Source of the DNA: Nostoc sp. DedSLP01
Lineage (GTDB): Bacteria > Cyanobacteriota > Cyanobacteriia > Cyanobacteriales > Nostocaceae
NCBI GenBank assembly: GCA_034530875.2
Contig: JAVRCJ020000006.1
Span: 227,552 to 291,551 of the forward strand
Length of the DNA stretch: 64,000 bases
Reading direction: 5' to 3'
Below the pieces are notes generated by a model. That model ran no database searches. It was not told the DNA's origin and was given only the letters and a program-made list of their open reading frames with translations. Positions within the stretch are counted from its first letter, which is position 1; each line of letters begins with the position of its first letter. Shown here piece after piece: positions 1 through 10,393 of the stretch. The position numbers and the translations under genes are program-made.

Positions 1-22
1 GTGGGCATGGGGCAAACAATGA

Positions 23-140
23 GTGTGGGAGGTGTGGGAGGTGTGGGGGGATGGGGAAGAAATCTTTTCCCCCACACTCCCCACACTCCCCACACTCCCC
101 TCTCTCCCCATCTCCCCATCTCCCCATCTCCCCATCTCCC
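23..140. repeat. STRR-type short tandem repeats in inverted arrangement (GGTGTGGGA / CCCCACACT 9-mers, then CCCCATCT 8-mers)
   Basis: Visible tandem units downstream of pdxH; typical intergenic repeats of heterocystous cyanobacteria. Confidence 0.85.
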
Positions 141-150
141 AACGTCTTCT

Positions 151-801
151 TTACGGCGATAACCGCTGAATTTTCCAAGTGCCATTATCGAGATGGCTAT
201 AGAGTAAGCGGTCGTGCAAGCGGCTAGGGCGTCCTTGCCAGAATTCAATTTCTGTGGGAATCACTCGTAAGCCTCCCCAATGAGGCGGCCGGGGGATTTC
301 TTGATTTTCATATTGGCTTTTAAACTCCTCCATACGTCGCTCAAGAACTTCTCGGCTTGCTAGCACTTCGCTTTGATTAGATACCCACGCACCGAGGCGG
401 CTGTTGGCAGGGCGAGTGTGAAAATATCGATCGGACTCGGTTTCGGAAACTTTCTCTACATAGCCACAAATCCGCACTTGACGTTCCAGTTCCGCCCACC
501 AAAAAACTAAAGCCGCTTGGGGATTTTCTGCCAGTTCTTGTCCTTTGTGACTGTTATAGTTAGTGAAGAATGTAAAGCCCCGTTCGTCAAAATCCTTAAG
601 CAGCACCATTCTGGCTGAAGGCTTACCATCTGGTGTGGCGGTAGCAATGGTCATGGCATTGGGTTCGGGAAGTTGGGCCGCTAATGCCTGATCGAACCAT
701 TTTTTAAATTGAACAAAAGGATTGAGGTCAACTTCGAGTTCGCTCAAACCTTCTAAGGTGTAGTCTTTGCGAAGGTCAGCTATGGTTTTGTCCATTGTCA
801 T
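151..801 (-). CDS. pdxH: Pyridoxamine 5'-phosphate oxidase
   Basis: [40 protein letters not shown] motifs; ATG at 801 (or 795) is more plausible than the track start at 870. Confidence 0.96.
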   Translation of the reverse strand: MTMDKTIADLRKDYTLEGLSELEVDLNPFVQFKKWFDQALAAQLPEPNAMTIATATPDGKPSARMVLLKDFDERGFTFFTNYNSHKGQELAENPQAALVFWWAELERQVRICGYVEKVSETESDRYFHTRPANSRLGAWVSNQSEVLASREVLERRMEEFKSQYENQEIPRPPHWGGLRVIPTEIEFWQGRPSRLHDRLLYSHLDNGTWKIQRLSP

Positions 802-923
802 TTGCTTTCTAGCTATCAGATAGGCTAATACATAATCTGTGTTAAAAATATCTACGATCGCGATCGCCACTAACGCCAGTTTTACAATTTATCTCAAGTA
901 GTCCTAAAAACAGATTGCATCAG

Positions 924-2009
924 ATGCGCCGTACCGCCTCCCTTAAACGTCTGTTAATCTATGGTCTGAGCGGCCCGCTGATCGCTCTCAATGTCTGGTT
1001 GTTATCTGTGCTTTTTCGTTATTTTCAGCACCCAATTAGCATTTTGAGCATTGCAGCAATTTTGGCTTTTTTACTCAATTACCCGGTTAAGTTTTTTGAA
1101 CGCGCCCGGATTACTCGCACTCAAGCGGTGATTGTTGTTTTGCTTGCTACTTTAACTATTGTGGCGATCCTGGGCTTGACACTAGTACCGATGGTAATTG
1201 ACCAAACAATCCAATTATTAAATAAGATTCCTGATTGGTTAACTGCCAGTCAAGCAAACCTAAAGCTGTTTGAAGCCTTCGCCAAACAACGACGTTTGCC
1301 AATCGATCTGACGGTTGTGACCAATCAAATTAATGCCAACATTGAGAATTTAGTGCAACAGCTAGCTACTGGTGCGGTAGGATTTGCTGGAACGCTGCTT
1401 TCAGGATTATTTAACCTAGTGCTAATAGTGGTGCTGGCATTTTATATGCTTTTGTATGGCGATCGCGTCTGGTATGGTTTAGCAAATCTTTTGCCCTCTG
1501 ATATCGGAGATCCCCTGACTGCATCTTTGCGGCTAAATTTCCAAAACTTCTTCCTGGGCCAGTTATTACTAGGGCTATTTATGGTGATAACTCTAACGCC
1601 AATTTTCTTAGTCATGAAGGTGCCCTTTGCTCTATTATTTGCCATACTAATCGGGATTTCAGAACTTATTCCCTTTATTGGAGCATCTCTAGGCATCGGT
1701 TTAGTGACGATTTTAGTATTGTTGCAAAATTGGTGGTTAGCAGTTCAAGTTGCCGTGGTAGCAATTCTCATGCAACAAGTTAAAGATAATTTATTAGCTC
1801 CCAGATTACTCGGCAACTTTATCGGACTCAATCCCATCTGGATTTTTGTTGCTATTTTGATGGGATATGAAATTGCTGGATTGTTAGGAACGCTTGTTGC
1901 TGTTCCGATTGCTGGTACTATTAAAGGTACTTTTGATGCTATTAAAAGCGGCAAATCTGGCGAATTTGTATCAAAAGTCATTATTGAGGATGAGCCATCC
2001 CTTGATTAA
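924..2009 (+). CDS. AI-2E (PerM/UPF0118) family permease
   Basis: Multi-TM protein with LIPFIGA, QQVKDNLLAPRLLG and GTLVAVPIA signature segments. Confidence 0.88.
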   Translation: MRRTASLKRLLIYGLSGPLIALNVWLLSVLFRYFQHPISILSIAAILAFLLNYPVKFFERARITRTQAVIVVLLATLTIVAILGLTLVPMVIDQTIQLLNKIPDWLTASQANLKLFEAFAKQRRLPIDLTVVTNQINANIENLVQQLATGAVGFAGTLLSGLFNLVLIVVLAFYMLLYGDRVWYGLANLLPSDIGDPLTASLRLNFQNFFLGQLLLGLFMVITLTPIFLVMKVPFALLFAILIGISELIPFIGASLGIGLVTILVLLQNWWLAVQVAVVAILMQQVKDNLLAPRLLGNFIGLNPIWIFVAILMGYEIAGLLGTLVAVPIAGTIKGTFDAIKSGKSGEFVSKVIIEDEPSLD

Positions 2010-2220
2010 ATTATCTAACAAATAAACCCAGCAGCGATCGCATAACAAGACCCCGTGCTGGGAAGGTATAGTTTATTCTGGCCATGTTTGATTTGGTTAG
2101 CGCTTATTTGCCAAAAATAATGCGTCTCCCTACCTACAATAACTAAAATGTTTGCAAAACTTAGTTAATAAACGTTAACAACCAGGTTAATTTACAGTTA
2201 AGCCCAGAGGAATGGGGGAT

Positions 2221-2297
2221 GGGGAAGCAGAGGAGGCAGAGGAGGCAGAGGAAGCAGGGGAAAACTAATGACCAATGACCAATGACTAATGACTAAT
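2221..2297. repeat. GCAGAGGAG 9-mer and STRR2-type AATGAC(C/T) heptamer tandem repeats
   Basis: Visible tandem units upstream of ubiD; similar STRR2 runs at about 32675-32700, 41787-41867 and 57483-57512. Confidence 0.8.
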
Positions 2298-2347
2298 AAT
2301 ATAAGAAAGCGCTTCACACTTCTTAAATAATCAGCTTTGCAAGAACT

Positions 2348-3856
2348 ATGGCCAGAGACTTACGGGGATTCATTAAAATTCTAGAAGAAAAAGGACAATT
2401 ACGGCGGATTTCAGCTTTGGTTGACCCAGATTTAGAAATTGCTGAGATTTCTAATCGAATGCTACAGAAAGGCGGGCCAGGGTTGTTGTTTGAAAACGTC
2501 AAAGGTTCTTCTTTCCCGGTGGCGGTGAATTTGATGGGAACAGTGGAAAGAATTTGCTGGGCGATGAATATGCAGCATCCAGAGGAGTTGGAAACTCTGG
2601 GGAAAAAGTTGAGTATGCTGCAACAACCAAAACCACCAAAGAAGATTTCCCAGGCTATAGATTTTGGTAAGGTGCTGTTTGATGTGGTGAAGGCAAAACC
2701 AGGACGGGACTTTTTCCCGGCTTGTCAGCAAGTTGCGATTCAAGGCGATGATTTGGATTTAAATAAGTTGCCTTTGATACGTCCTTATGTCAATGATGCT
2801 GGCAAGATTATTACCCTGGGATTAGTAATTACTAAGGATTGCGAGACTGGTACGCCGAATGTAGGAGTGTATCGCTTGCAACTACAATCCAAAAATACGA
2901 TGACGGTTCACTGGTTATCGGTGCGGGGTGGGGCAAGGCATTTGCGAAAAGCGGCCGAACGTGGGAAAAAATTAGAAGTAGCGATCGCACTTGGTGTAGA
3001 TCCTTTAATTATCATGGCAGCAGCTACGCCGATTCCTGTAGATTTATCAGAATGGCTGTTTGCTGGGCTTTATGGCGGTTCGGGCGTGCAGTTGGCGAAG
3101 TGTAAAACTGTAGATTTGGAAGTTCCCGCAGATTCAGAATTTGTCTTGGAAGGAACGATTACACCAGGAGAAGTTTTGCCGGACGGGCCTTTTGGCGACC
3201 ACATGGGTTATTACGGTGGCGTTGAAGATTCGCCTTTGATTCGTTTTCAATGCATGACGCACCGCAAAGATCCGATTTACTTAACAACATTTAGCGGTCG
3301 TCCACCCAAAGAAGAAGCGATGATGGCGATCGCACTTAATCGCATCTATACACCTATCCTGCGGCAACAAGTCTCCGAAATCGTCGATTTCTTCTTACCA
3401 ATGGAAGCTTTGAGTTACAAAGCCGCGATTATTTCCATTGACAAAGCATATCCGGGACAAGCAAGACGGGCGGCTTTGGCGTTTTGGAGTGCTTTACCAC
3501 AATTTACATACACCAAATTTGTTATTGTCGTCGATAAAGATATAAATATTCGCGATCCGCGTCAAGTTGTATGGGCAATTAGTTCTAAAGTTGATCCAGC
3601 TCGAGACGTGTTTATTTTGCCGAATACACCCTTTGATAGTTTGGATTTTGCCAGCGAAAAAATTGGCTTGGGCGGACGCATGGGAATTGATGCTACTACA
3701 AAGATTCCACCAGAAACAGACCATGAATGGGGTGCAACTTTAGAATCAGATCCAGATGTAGCGGCGATGGTAGATAGACGATGGGCGGAGTATGGTTTGG
3801 CAGAGTTGCAATTAGGAGAAGTTGACCCAAATTTATTTGGCTACGATATGAAGTAG
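2348..3856 (+). CDS. ubiD: UbiD-family prFMN-dependent decarboxylase (probably plastoquinone pathway)
   Basis: DLRGFIKILE start, NVGVYRLQ, DGPFGDHMGYY, GRPPKEE, MGIDATTK. Confidence 0.93.
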   Translation: MARDLRGFIKILEEKGQLRRISALVDPDLEIAEISNRMLQKGGPGLLFENVKGSSFPVAVNLMGTVERICWAMNMQHPEELETLGKKLSMLQQPKPPKKISQAIDFGKVLFDVVKAKPGRDFFPACQQVAIQGDDLDLNKLPLIRPYVNDAGKIITLGLVITKDCETGTPNVGVYRLQLQSKNTMTVHWLSVRGGARHLRKAAERGKKLEVAIALGVDPLIIMAAATPIPVDLSEWLFAGLYGGSGVQLAKCKTVDLEVPADSEFVLEGTITPGEVLPDGPFGDHMGYYGGVEDSPLIRFQCMTHRKDPIYLTTFSGRPPKEEAMMAIALNRIYTPILRQQVSEIVDFFLPMEALSYKAAIISIDKAYPGQARRAALAFWSALPQFTYTKFVIVVDKDINIRDPRQVVWAISSKVDPARDVFILPNTPFDSLDFASEKIGLGGRMGIDATTKIPPETDHEWGATLESDPDVAAMVDRRWAEYGLAELQLGEVDPNLFGYDMK

Positions 3857-3878
3857 TATTTCGTATCCTGGTGCGTTA

Positions 3879-4041
3879 GAGGTTGTTTGAAAAGTATTTT
3901 ACTGTGATTTTAGGCGCGTTTAGATCCCCCCTAACCCCCCTTAAAAAGGGGGGAACTGGAATCAAAGTCCCCCTTTTTAAGGGGGATTTAGGGGGATCTA
4001 GAACTTTTCGATACCGACAAGAGGACTTTTCAAACATCTTC
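3879..4041. mobile_element. 163-bp MITE-like element with 17-bp terminal inverted repeats and TTA target duplication
   Basis: Left end GAGGTTGTTTGAAAAGT, right end ACTTTTCAAACATCTTC (15/17 match); TTA at 3876-3878 and 4042-4044; internal long inverted repeat AGATCCCCCCTAA...TTAGGGGGATCT. Confidence 0.85.
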
Positions 4042-4190
4042 TTAGGCTGTGCCAACAACGCACCCTAAATTTGAATTGTTTAAGTGCTAAACTTTGCCCT
4101 TTGTTGTTATCTAATTGAATAACAGATTTACGAGTCGCAAAAGTTAATTTCCAACATGAGAACGCGATAATTTTAAATTTTGGATTGCTT

Positions 4191-4976
4191 ATGCCTTCTC
4201 CATTTCCAGGAATGAATCCGTATTTAGAAGATCCTGCATTATGGCCGGGAGTAGATGGGAGACTAATAGTAGCGATCGCAGATTTTCTTTCTCCTCAACT
4301 GCGTCCTAAATATTTTGTCGCTATTGAAGAACGCATTTATCAAACTACTGGCGATGATAGGCTTTTAGTTGGTATTCCTGATGTCATCATCAAAAATTCG
4401 CAGACAGAAATAAATCCTAAAATACCGAACATAGCTTTAGCTACACCTGTGGTTCAACCTAAAACAGTAACAGTTCCTATACCTGAGACAGTCAAAGAGA
4501 GATATTTAGAAGTGCGAAAAGTAGGAACACAAGAAGTAGTAACAGCAATTGAAGTTCTCTCACCAAAAAACAAACGCCCAGGAGAAGGACGCAACGCATA
4601 CGAAACTAAGCGACAGAGAGTGTTAGGAAGTTTAACACATTTGGTAGAAATTGATTTATTACGCCCTGGAGAAGCAATGCTAGTTTTTGGCGATGGTACG
4701 CAAAATGACTACCGGATTTTAGTTAGTCGTGCAGAAAATCGTCCCCAATCTCATTTATATGCTTTCAATTTACAAGATGTAATTCCCTCGTTTCCATTGC
4801 CATTGCGAACTGGCGATAATGAACCTTTGGTAAATTTGCAGAGTTTGTTAGCTGGAATTTATGACCGCGCCAGTTATGACTTAGTAATAGATTATAGTCA
4901 ACAGCCAGCATTACAATTGTCAGAAGAGAATGCGGTTTGGGTAGATGGATTATTACGAGAGAAAGGGCTGCGCTAA
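4191..4976 (+). CDS. DUF4058 family protein (restriction-endonuclease-like fold)
   Basis: MPSPFPGMNPYLE N-terminus, VTAIEVLSPKNK, HLVEIDLLR. Confidence 0.9.
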   Translation: MPSPFPGMNPYLEDPALWPGVDGRLIVAIADFLSPQLRPKYFVAIEERIYQTTGDDRLLVGIPDVIIKNSQTEINPKIPNIALATPVVQPKTVTVPIPETVKERYLEVRKVGTQEVVTAIEVLSPKNKRPGEGRNAYETKRQRVLGSLTHLVEIDLLRPGEAMLVFGDGTQNDYRILVSRAENRPQSHLYAFNLQDVIPSFPLPLRTGDNEPLVNLQSLLAGIYDRASYDLVIDYSQQPALQLSEENAVWVDGLLREKGLR

Positions 4977-5031
4977 AAAAATTATAAAATAGTTCCTAGC
5001 TTTTAGTATACTTTATCATCGATTGATTACT

Positions 5032-6111
5032 TTACTTTAAACCATTTTTATCCAAAAAAGTTTTTAATAATTTTTGGCTTATTTCTAATGCTTTTCTAAA
5101 ATATTTAATCACTTGTTGTAAATTATCTATTTCCTCTTGAGTATTAACTTTCGCCATTTGCATTTCTAAAATTTGTTCTTCTATTTCATTAATTTTATTT
5201 CTCTGCGCTTTAATGATGTTTCTAGCATTCAAAGCAATTTGCTGCTTTATAACATCTTCTTGAACCAAGATAATATCGTTGAAAGTTACTAGAAATTTTG
5301 CTGCTTCGCGGACTGCTAAATTTGGTGACTGAGCAAATAATGAACTAATACCAGTACCAGCGCCAGTACCAAGAATTGCACCACCACCAACAATCACAGT
5401 CATCCCACCTGCCATACCAAAGCCACCTGCTGCCATAGCACCTCCACCCAAGACAGCTAATACAGCTGAAATTGCCGCTGCGCCTGAAAGCCCTGGTGCA
5501 AGTATAGGAGCCAGCAAAGGGACAAGAACAGGTATTGCGATAGCAGCAGCTACGGCTGCCACAACAGCTCCCCCTATTAAGCCTCCTAACAAAAAATTTA
5601 AAGGATTTGAGCCTATAATTTCATCGATCCATTTTTGGTGATTAGATTTAAATCTTGTAACGTATTCTCTTTCTACTCCAAGCTCATTTGCAAAAAAGAT
5701 GACTCTTTCTAAAATTATCGAACGAAATGTTTCGCTAATTTTTAATTTTTTGAATTGTTCATCTTCCTGGATACCAAAAGGAGTATAGAGACTAAACAGC
5801 GACAGTTCCAAGACAATTGAATATAAAGGTCGTTTTTTATTTAATGACCACTTCATTCTTTTGAATACTTCCTCGAACGAACAATAATCAGTATATAAAT
5901 ATCGATTATTTTTTTCTAAGCTATTAGTAGCTAGACTTTCTAAAAAATTTTCAACTGATTTAACCCAGTGGTTTAAATATCTACGTTTAAGCTGCTTTGT
6001 TAAAAAATCTGTTTCTCTGTCAACGTCTTGTTGTATTAAAAAATATTGAAAACTATACAAAATTTTCGTTTGCTCAAAAGTTAGTCCAAACTCTTCCATT
6101 GGCGAAGTCAT
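5032..6111 (-). CDS. Hypothetical protein with a long Gly/Ala-rich hydrophobic segment and a C-terminal coiled coil
   Basis: 359-aa ORF from ATG 6111; ~90-aa hydrophobic stretch (LLGGLIGGAVV...GTGAGTG); AT-rich. Confidence 0.75.
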   Translation of the reverse strand: MTSPMEEFGLTFEQTKILYSFQYFLIQQDVDRETDFLTKQLKRRYLNHWVKSVENFLESLATNSLEKNNRYLYTDYCSFEEVFKRMKWSLNKKRPLYSIVLELSLFSLYTPFGIQEDEQFKKLKISETFRSIILERVIFFANELGVEREYVTRFKSNHQKWIDEIIGSNPLNFLLGGLIGGAVVAAVAAAIAIPVLVPLLAPILAPGLSGAAAISAVLAVLGGGAMAAGGFGMAGGMTVIVGGGAILGTGAGTGISSLFAQSPNLAVREAAKFLVTFNDIILVQEDVIKQQIALNARNIIKAQRNKINEIEEQILEMQMAKVNTQEEIDNLQQVIKYFRKALEISQKLLKTFLDKNGLK

Positions 6112-6341
6112 ATTTTGATCCGTAAAACTTATACATAGTATTCCCAAATTACTTAAGTGTATAACATCATAATATGTCGTAATACCCTCACTTTCTGCAA
6201 ATTTAATTGCATTAAAATAAATTAAGATTTGATATATAAAATTAAGCAATTTTTGGGAATATCGCCCAAGCAAATTGAAGGGTTTACGCGGAATGAATAT
6301 TTTAATAGAATAATCTCATCAAAAGATTCGCAGAAAAATAA

Positions 6342-7982
6342 ATGGACTGGATTACGCTACTGCGATCGCTACAGTCTGATTTTATCAAAAGGTTAGCATC
6401 TGGTTGTCTGCTTCATTGTGAAACAGAAGGTCAATATAGCGAACTAACTGTAATTTCTGGAGAAAGGTTAAAGACGCTACGAGAATTTTGCTGGCAGATG
6501 GCTGAGAAATACAAGCGTGTTTTGCCAGTTCGTGATGTTTTTCTCAGCTACCTAAAAGGAAAACTCGGCGAGGAAGTTGTCAAGGAACGGTTAGCTGATT
6601 TTATTACCGAAGTCGATTATGAAAAGCGATTCGGTGGCGATGGTAAAATCGATTTTACCTTGACTTCTGACCCATCTATTGGTATTGAAGTTAAATCTCG
6701 TCACGGTAGTATTGACAGAGTTAGATGGTCAATTAGTTCTGAAGAAGTTGAAAAAAATGCAGTTGTTGTTTGCATTTTAATTAAAGAGGATGTTAGCGAA
6801 GCACAATCTGAGTATCACCTTTTTTTAGCTGGCTTTCTTCCAACCCGAATGATTAAGTTGAAGACTGGGAGAATTTCATTTGGGATAGACCAATTACTTT
6901 ATGGTGGTGGCTTATTTTGCTATTTAGAACAGTTACAATCTTCGATAAATCATCATCCTTATCAGCAACAGCCAACAATTTCAAAATTTCTTCCAAAACA
7001 AGAAACATCATCTCTGTTAACTAAAAATCAATTACCAAAATCTTCCTTTAAAGCTGATGTTGAGAGTTATTTATCTTCTCGTGATGAAGATTTAAGTTTA
7101 CTTTATATGAGATTAGGTGATGAATGTTTAAAAAAAGGAGAATATTCTCAGGCAATAACTAGCTATAATCAAGTTTTAGAGGCTAATCATCATGATGCTG
7201 AATTATATTATAAACGAGGCTTAGCTCACTATCAAATAGGCGATTATGAAGCGGCGATCGCAGATTATTCTCAAGCAATAAAAATAAATATTAATGATGC
7301 TAAATCTTACAATAAAAGGGGTTTAGCTTTATATCAAATAGGACGTTTAGAAGAAGCGATTAATGATTATAGTCAAGCTATTAGAATTAATCCTAACCTG
7401 GCGATAGCTTATAAAAATCGGGCTGAAGCTCGTTCTCATCTCGGAGATAACCAAGGAGCGATTGAAGATTATACCCAAGCAATTAAAATTAATCCCGATT
7501 ATGCTGATGCTTATAAAAATCGGGGTATTGCTCGTTATTTACTAGGAACTCCACCTGTATTTTCCCAAGCAATCAAAATTAATCCTCAAGATGCCAACGC
7601 CTATAAAAATCGTGGAAATGCTCGTTGCGATCTAGGAGATTTTCAAGGAGCAATTGAAGATTATACTCAGGCAATACAGATTAATCCTAATTATGTTGAA
7701 GCTTATTATAACCGCGGGAATGCTCGTTACGATTTAGGAGATTTTCAAGGAGCAATTGAAGATTATACTCAAGCGATCGAGCTTAATTTTAATTATGCTG
7801 ATGCTTATTATAATCGTGGCAATATTCGTTTAGAAATGGCAGATAAACAGGGAGCCATTGAAGACTTTCAAAAAGCCGCAGATATCTATCGTAAAGAAGG
7901 TAAGCTAGAAGCTCTTAAAGATACGAAACAAAGAATATTAGATTTAGAAATAGAAGAATCGTTAGATATTTTAAACTTTTAG
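6342..7982 (+). CDS. TPR-repeat protein with an N-terminal PD-(D/E)xK-like domain
   Basis: About 8 TPRs of the AYYNRG...AIEDYTQAI type; N-terminal GKLGEEVV...DGKIDF...GIEVKSR. Confidence 0.85.
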   Translation: MDWITLLRSLQSDFIKRLASGCLLHCETEGQYSELTVISGERLKTLREFCWQMAEKYKRVLPVRDVFLSYLKGKLGEEVVKERLADFITEVDYEKRFGGDGKIDFTLTSDPSIGIEVKSRHGSIDRVRWSISSEEVEKNAVVVCILIKEDVSEAQSEYHLFLAGFLPTRMIKLKTGRISFGIDQLLYGGGLFCYLEQLQSSINHHPYQQQPTISKFLPKQETSSLLTKNQLPKSSFKADVESYLSSRDEDLSLLYMRLGDECLKKGEYSQAITSYNQVLEANHHDAELYYKRGLAHYQIGDYEAAIADYSQAIKININDAKSYNKRGLALYQIGRLEEAINDYSQAIRINPNLAIAYKNRAEARSHLGDNQGAIEDYTQAIKINPDYADAYKNRGIARYLLGTPPVFSQAIKINPQDANAYKNRGNARCDLGDFQGAIEDYTQAIQINPNYVEAYYNRGNARYDLGDFQGAIEDYTQAIELNFNYADAYYNRGNIRLEMADKQGAIEDFQKAADIYRKEGKLEALKDTKQRILDLEIEESLDILNF

Positions 7983-8075
7983 TGCATAAGACATCGGTTT
8001 TTCTCCGTATCTCCCCATTTTCTAAAGCATATTGGGTAAGTCCTGGATTTACGTAGGTATCAGCTAGAGTGGGAT

Positions 8076-8216
8076 TGATACTTATTATCAAATTAAAATC
8101 GTTGATAAATTTATCAATCTTAGGATTCGCTAAAAAGTAATAGAACTAGTTCACATCAAACCTCCTGAATTCTAACTTCTGGGTTCTGAATTGTTACTTA
8201 TTGATATCGATTATCG
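8076..8216. promoter_or_regulatory. Fur/Zur-type operator boxes upstream of the metal ATPase
   Basis: TGATACTTATTATCA (8076-8090) is one mismatch from the cyanobacterial Zur box TGATAATnATTATCA; perfect palindrome TTGATAAATTTATCAA (8102-8117); weaker box TGATATCGATTATCG (8202-8216). Confidence 0.55.
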
Positions 8217-8305
8217 TTATTAAACTATTAACTTGTAAAAATTGATTTTTTTCACTATCTTTAAAGAAAGGTTCTATATTAAATCACCTACTCATATCAA
8301 CAAAA

Positions 8306-10288
8306 ATGAAGCAAAAACTACATTCAGAATCTTCAGATTGTTGCAGCTGCGGGCACGAACATCATGAGAATCATAACCATCATCATAATGAAAATTATAA
8401 CCATGACCACAGCCATAATCACAATGAAGAATTTAACTTAAAAAAAGAGGTATTTCCTTTAGTAGTGATTTTAAGTTTGTATGCGCCTGGTGTAATTTTT
8501 GAAAACCAATTGCATAATACACTCTACTCAATAGGTGAATATTTAGTTTTTATTCCTGCTTATTTATTAAGTGGATGGAGTGTTTTAAAAACTGCGGGGC
8601 GCAATATACTTAAAGGCAGAATATTTGATGAAACATTTTTAATGACAGTAGCAACGCTAGGGGCGATCGCCATTCATAAATTGCCCGAAGCTGTCGGAGT
8701 TATGTTATTCTACAAAATTGGCGAATTGTTCCAAGATATTGCTGTGAGTCGTTCGCGGAGTTCCATCAAAGCTTTATTGGAGATACGCCCAGACTATGCA
8801 AATATCCAGACAGAAACCGGACTCAAAAAAGTATCGCCAGAAACAGTAAATATTGGAGATATTATCGTCGTCAAGCCTGGAGAAAAAATTCCTTTAGATG
8901 GTGAAATTATTGAAGGTAATTCCCAAGTTGATACATCTGCGTTAACTGGAGAATCTGTACCCCGAACTGTGAAGCTAGGAGAATCAGTTTTAGCGGGAAC
9001 AATCAATAAAGTTGGTGTTCTCAGAATTCAAGTCACAAAACTTTTTGATGAATCTTCCATTGCTAAGATTTTAGACTTAGTACAAAATGCCAAAAGTAAA
9101 AAAGCAGAAACAGAGAAATTTATTACTAAGTTTGCTAGATATTACACACCAATAGTAGTTTTTACATCTCTAGCAGTTGTTTTGTTACCTCCTTTATTCA
9201 TTTCTGGAGCAACTCCTTCAGAATGGATTTATCGTGCCTTAATTTTATTAGTTATTTCCTGTCCCTGTGGATTAGTAATCAGTATTCCATTAGGTTACTT
9301 TGGAGGTGTGGGAGGTGCAGCTAAACGGGGTATTTTAGTCAAAGGTTCTACCTTTTTAGATAGTCTCAATGCAGTTAAAACAGTTGTTTTTGATAAAACT
9401 GGAACGTTAACAAAAGGAGTATTTAAAGTAGCTAAAATAGTACCAAATAATGGCTTGAGTAAACAAGAATTACTAGAATTAGCTGCCAAGGTTGAATCGC
9501 ATTCAAATCATCCGATCGCTCAATCTATCCGCAATGCTTATGCTGATAAAATCGACATAGATGAGGTGACAGATTATGAAGAAATAGCAGGTTATGGAAT
9601 TAGGGCGAAAGTTAAAGATAAGCTAGTTATAGCAGGCAGCGATCGCCTATTGCATAAAGAACACATTGCTCGCGATAATTGTCTACTAAAAGGAACAGTT
9701 ATTCATTTAGCAGTAGATAAGATTTACGCTGGATATATAGTCATTGCTGATGAAGTTAAAGAAGATGCCAGACAAGCTATTCAAACACTCAAAAAAATGG
9801 GTGTAGAAAAAACAGTAATGTTAACGGGAGATAATAAAGCGATCGCCTCTCAAATTGCTGAAGAAATTGGCATAGATATCTACGAAGCAGAGTTATTACC
9901 AGAAGAAAAAGTCAACGCTATAGAAAAATTACTCAATACCGCTGAAAAACATACTAAAGTAGCTTTCATCGGCGATGGAATTAATGATGCACCAGTAATT
10001 GCTAGAGCAGATGTTGGTATAGCAATGGGTGGCTTGGGTTCAGATGCAGCGATAGAAACTGCCGATGTTGTCATCATGACAGATGCACCCTTAAAAGTGG
10101 CAGAAGCAATAGAAATTGCTAGAAAAACCCGCAGAATAGTTTGGCAAAATATTGGATTTGCTTTAGTAATTAAAGGTGTCTTTATTGGATTGGGTATTCT
10201 CGGGATAGCGACAATGTGGGAAGCTGTATTTGCCGATGTCGGAGTAGCCTTGCTAGCAATTTTCAATGCAACTAGAGCAATGAAATAA
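8306..10288 (+). CDS. Heavy-metal (Zn/Cd/Pb) P1B-type ATPase, ZiaA/CadA-like
   Basis: Cys/His-rich N-terminus, TGES, SCPC, DKTGT, SNHP, GDGINDAP and FADVG motifs. Confidence 0.95.
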   Translation: MKQKLHSESSDCCSCGHEHHENHNHHHNENYNHDHSHNHNEEFNLKKEVFPLVVILSLYAPGVIFENQLHNTLYSIGEYLVFIPAYLLSGWSVLKTAGRNILKGRIFDETFLMTVATLGAIAIHKLPEAVGVMLFYKIGELFQDIAVSRSRSSIKALLEIRPDYANIQTETGLKKVSPETVNIGDIIVVKPGEKIPLDGEIIEGNSQVDTSALTGESVPRTVKLGESVLAGTINKVGVLRIQVTKLFDESSIAKILDLVQNAKSKKAETEKFITKFARYYTPIVVFTSLAVVLLPPLFISGATPSEWIYRALILLVISCPCGLVISIPLGYFGGVGGAAKRGILVKGSTFLDSLNAVKTVVFDKTGTLTKGVFKVAKIVPNNGLSKQELLELAAKVESHSNHPIAQSIRNAYADKIDIDEVTDYEEIAGYGIRAKVKDKLVIAGSDRLLHKEHIARDNCLLKGTVIHLAVDKIYAGYIVIADEVKEDARQAIQTLKKMGVEKTVMLTGDNKAIASQIAEEIGIDIYEAELLPEEKVNAIEKLLNTAEKHTKVAFIGDGINDAPVIARADVGIAMGGLGSDAAIETADVVIMTDAPLKVAEAIEIARKTRRIVWQNIGFALVIKGVFIGLGILGIATMWEAVFADVGVALLAIFNATRAMK

Positions 10289-10393
10289 AACTTTGATTTA
10301 ATCGGGAATCCGTATTTGGGAAATTGTAGAAGTTAAAACTGGAAAGTAATAATTGAAGCAAATATTCCCAATCGGATTTTATCGAGGTATGCC

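Noticed and set aside
3876..4068. Two overlapping 60-61 aa ORFs (SPLTPLKKGG type)
   Set aside because: Translations of the palindromic MITE, not genes
7610..7815. Near-identical ~100-nt tandem DNA units
   Set aside because: Ordinary TPR repeat duplication within the CDS
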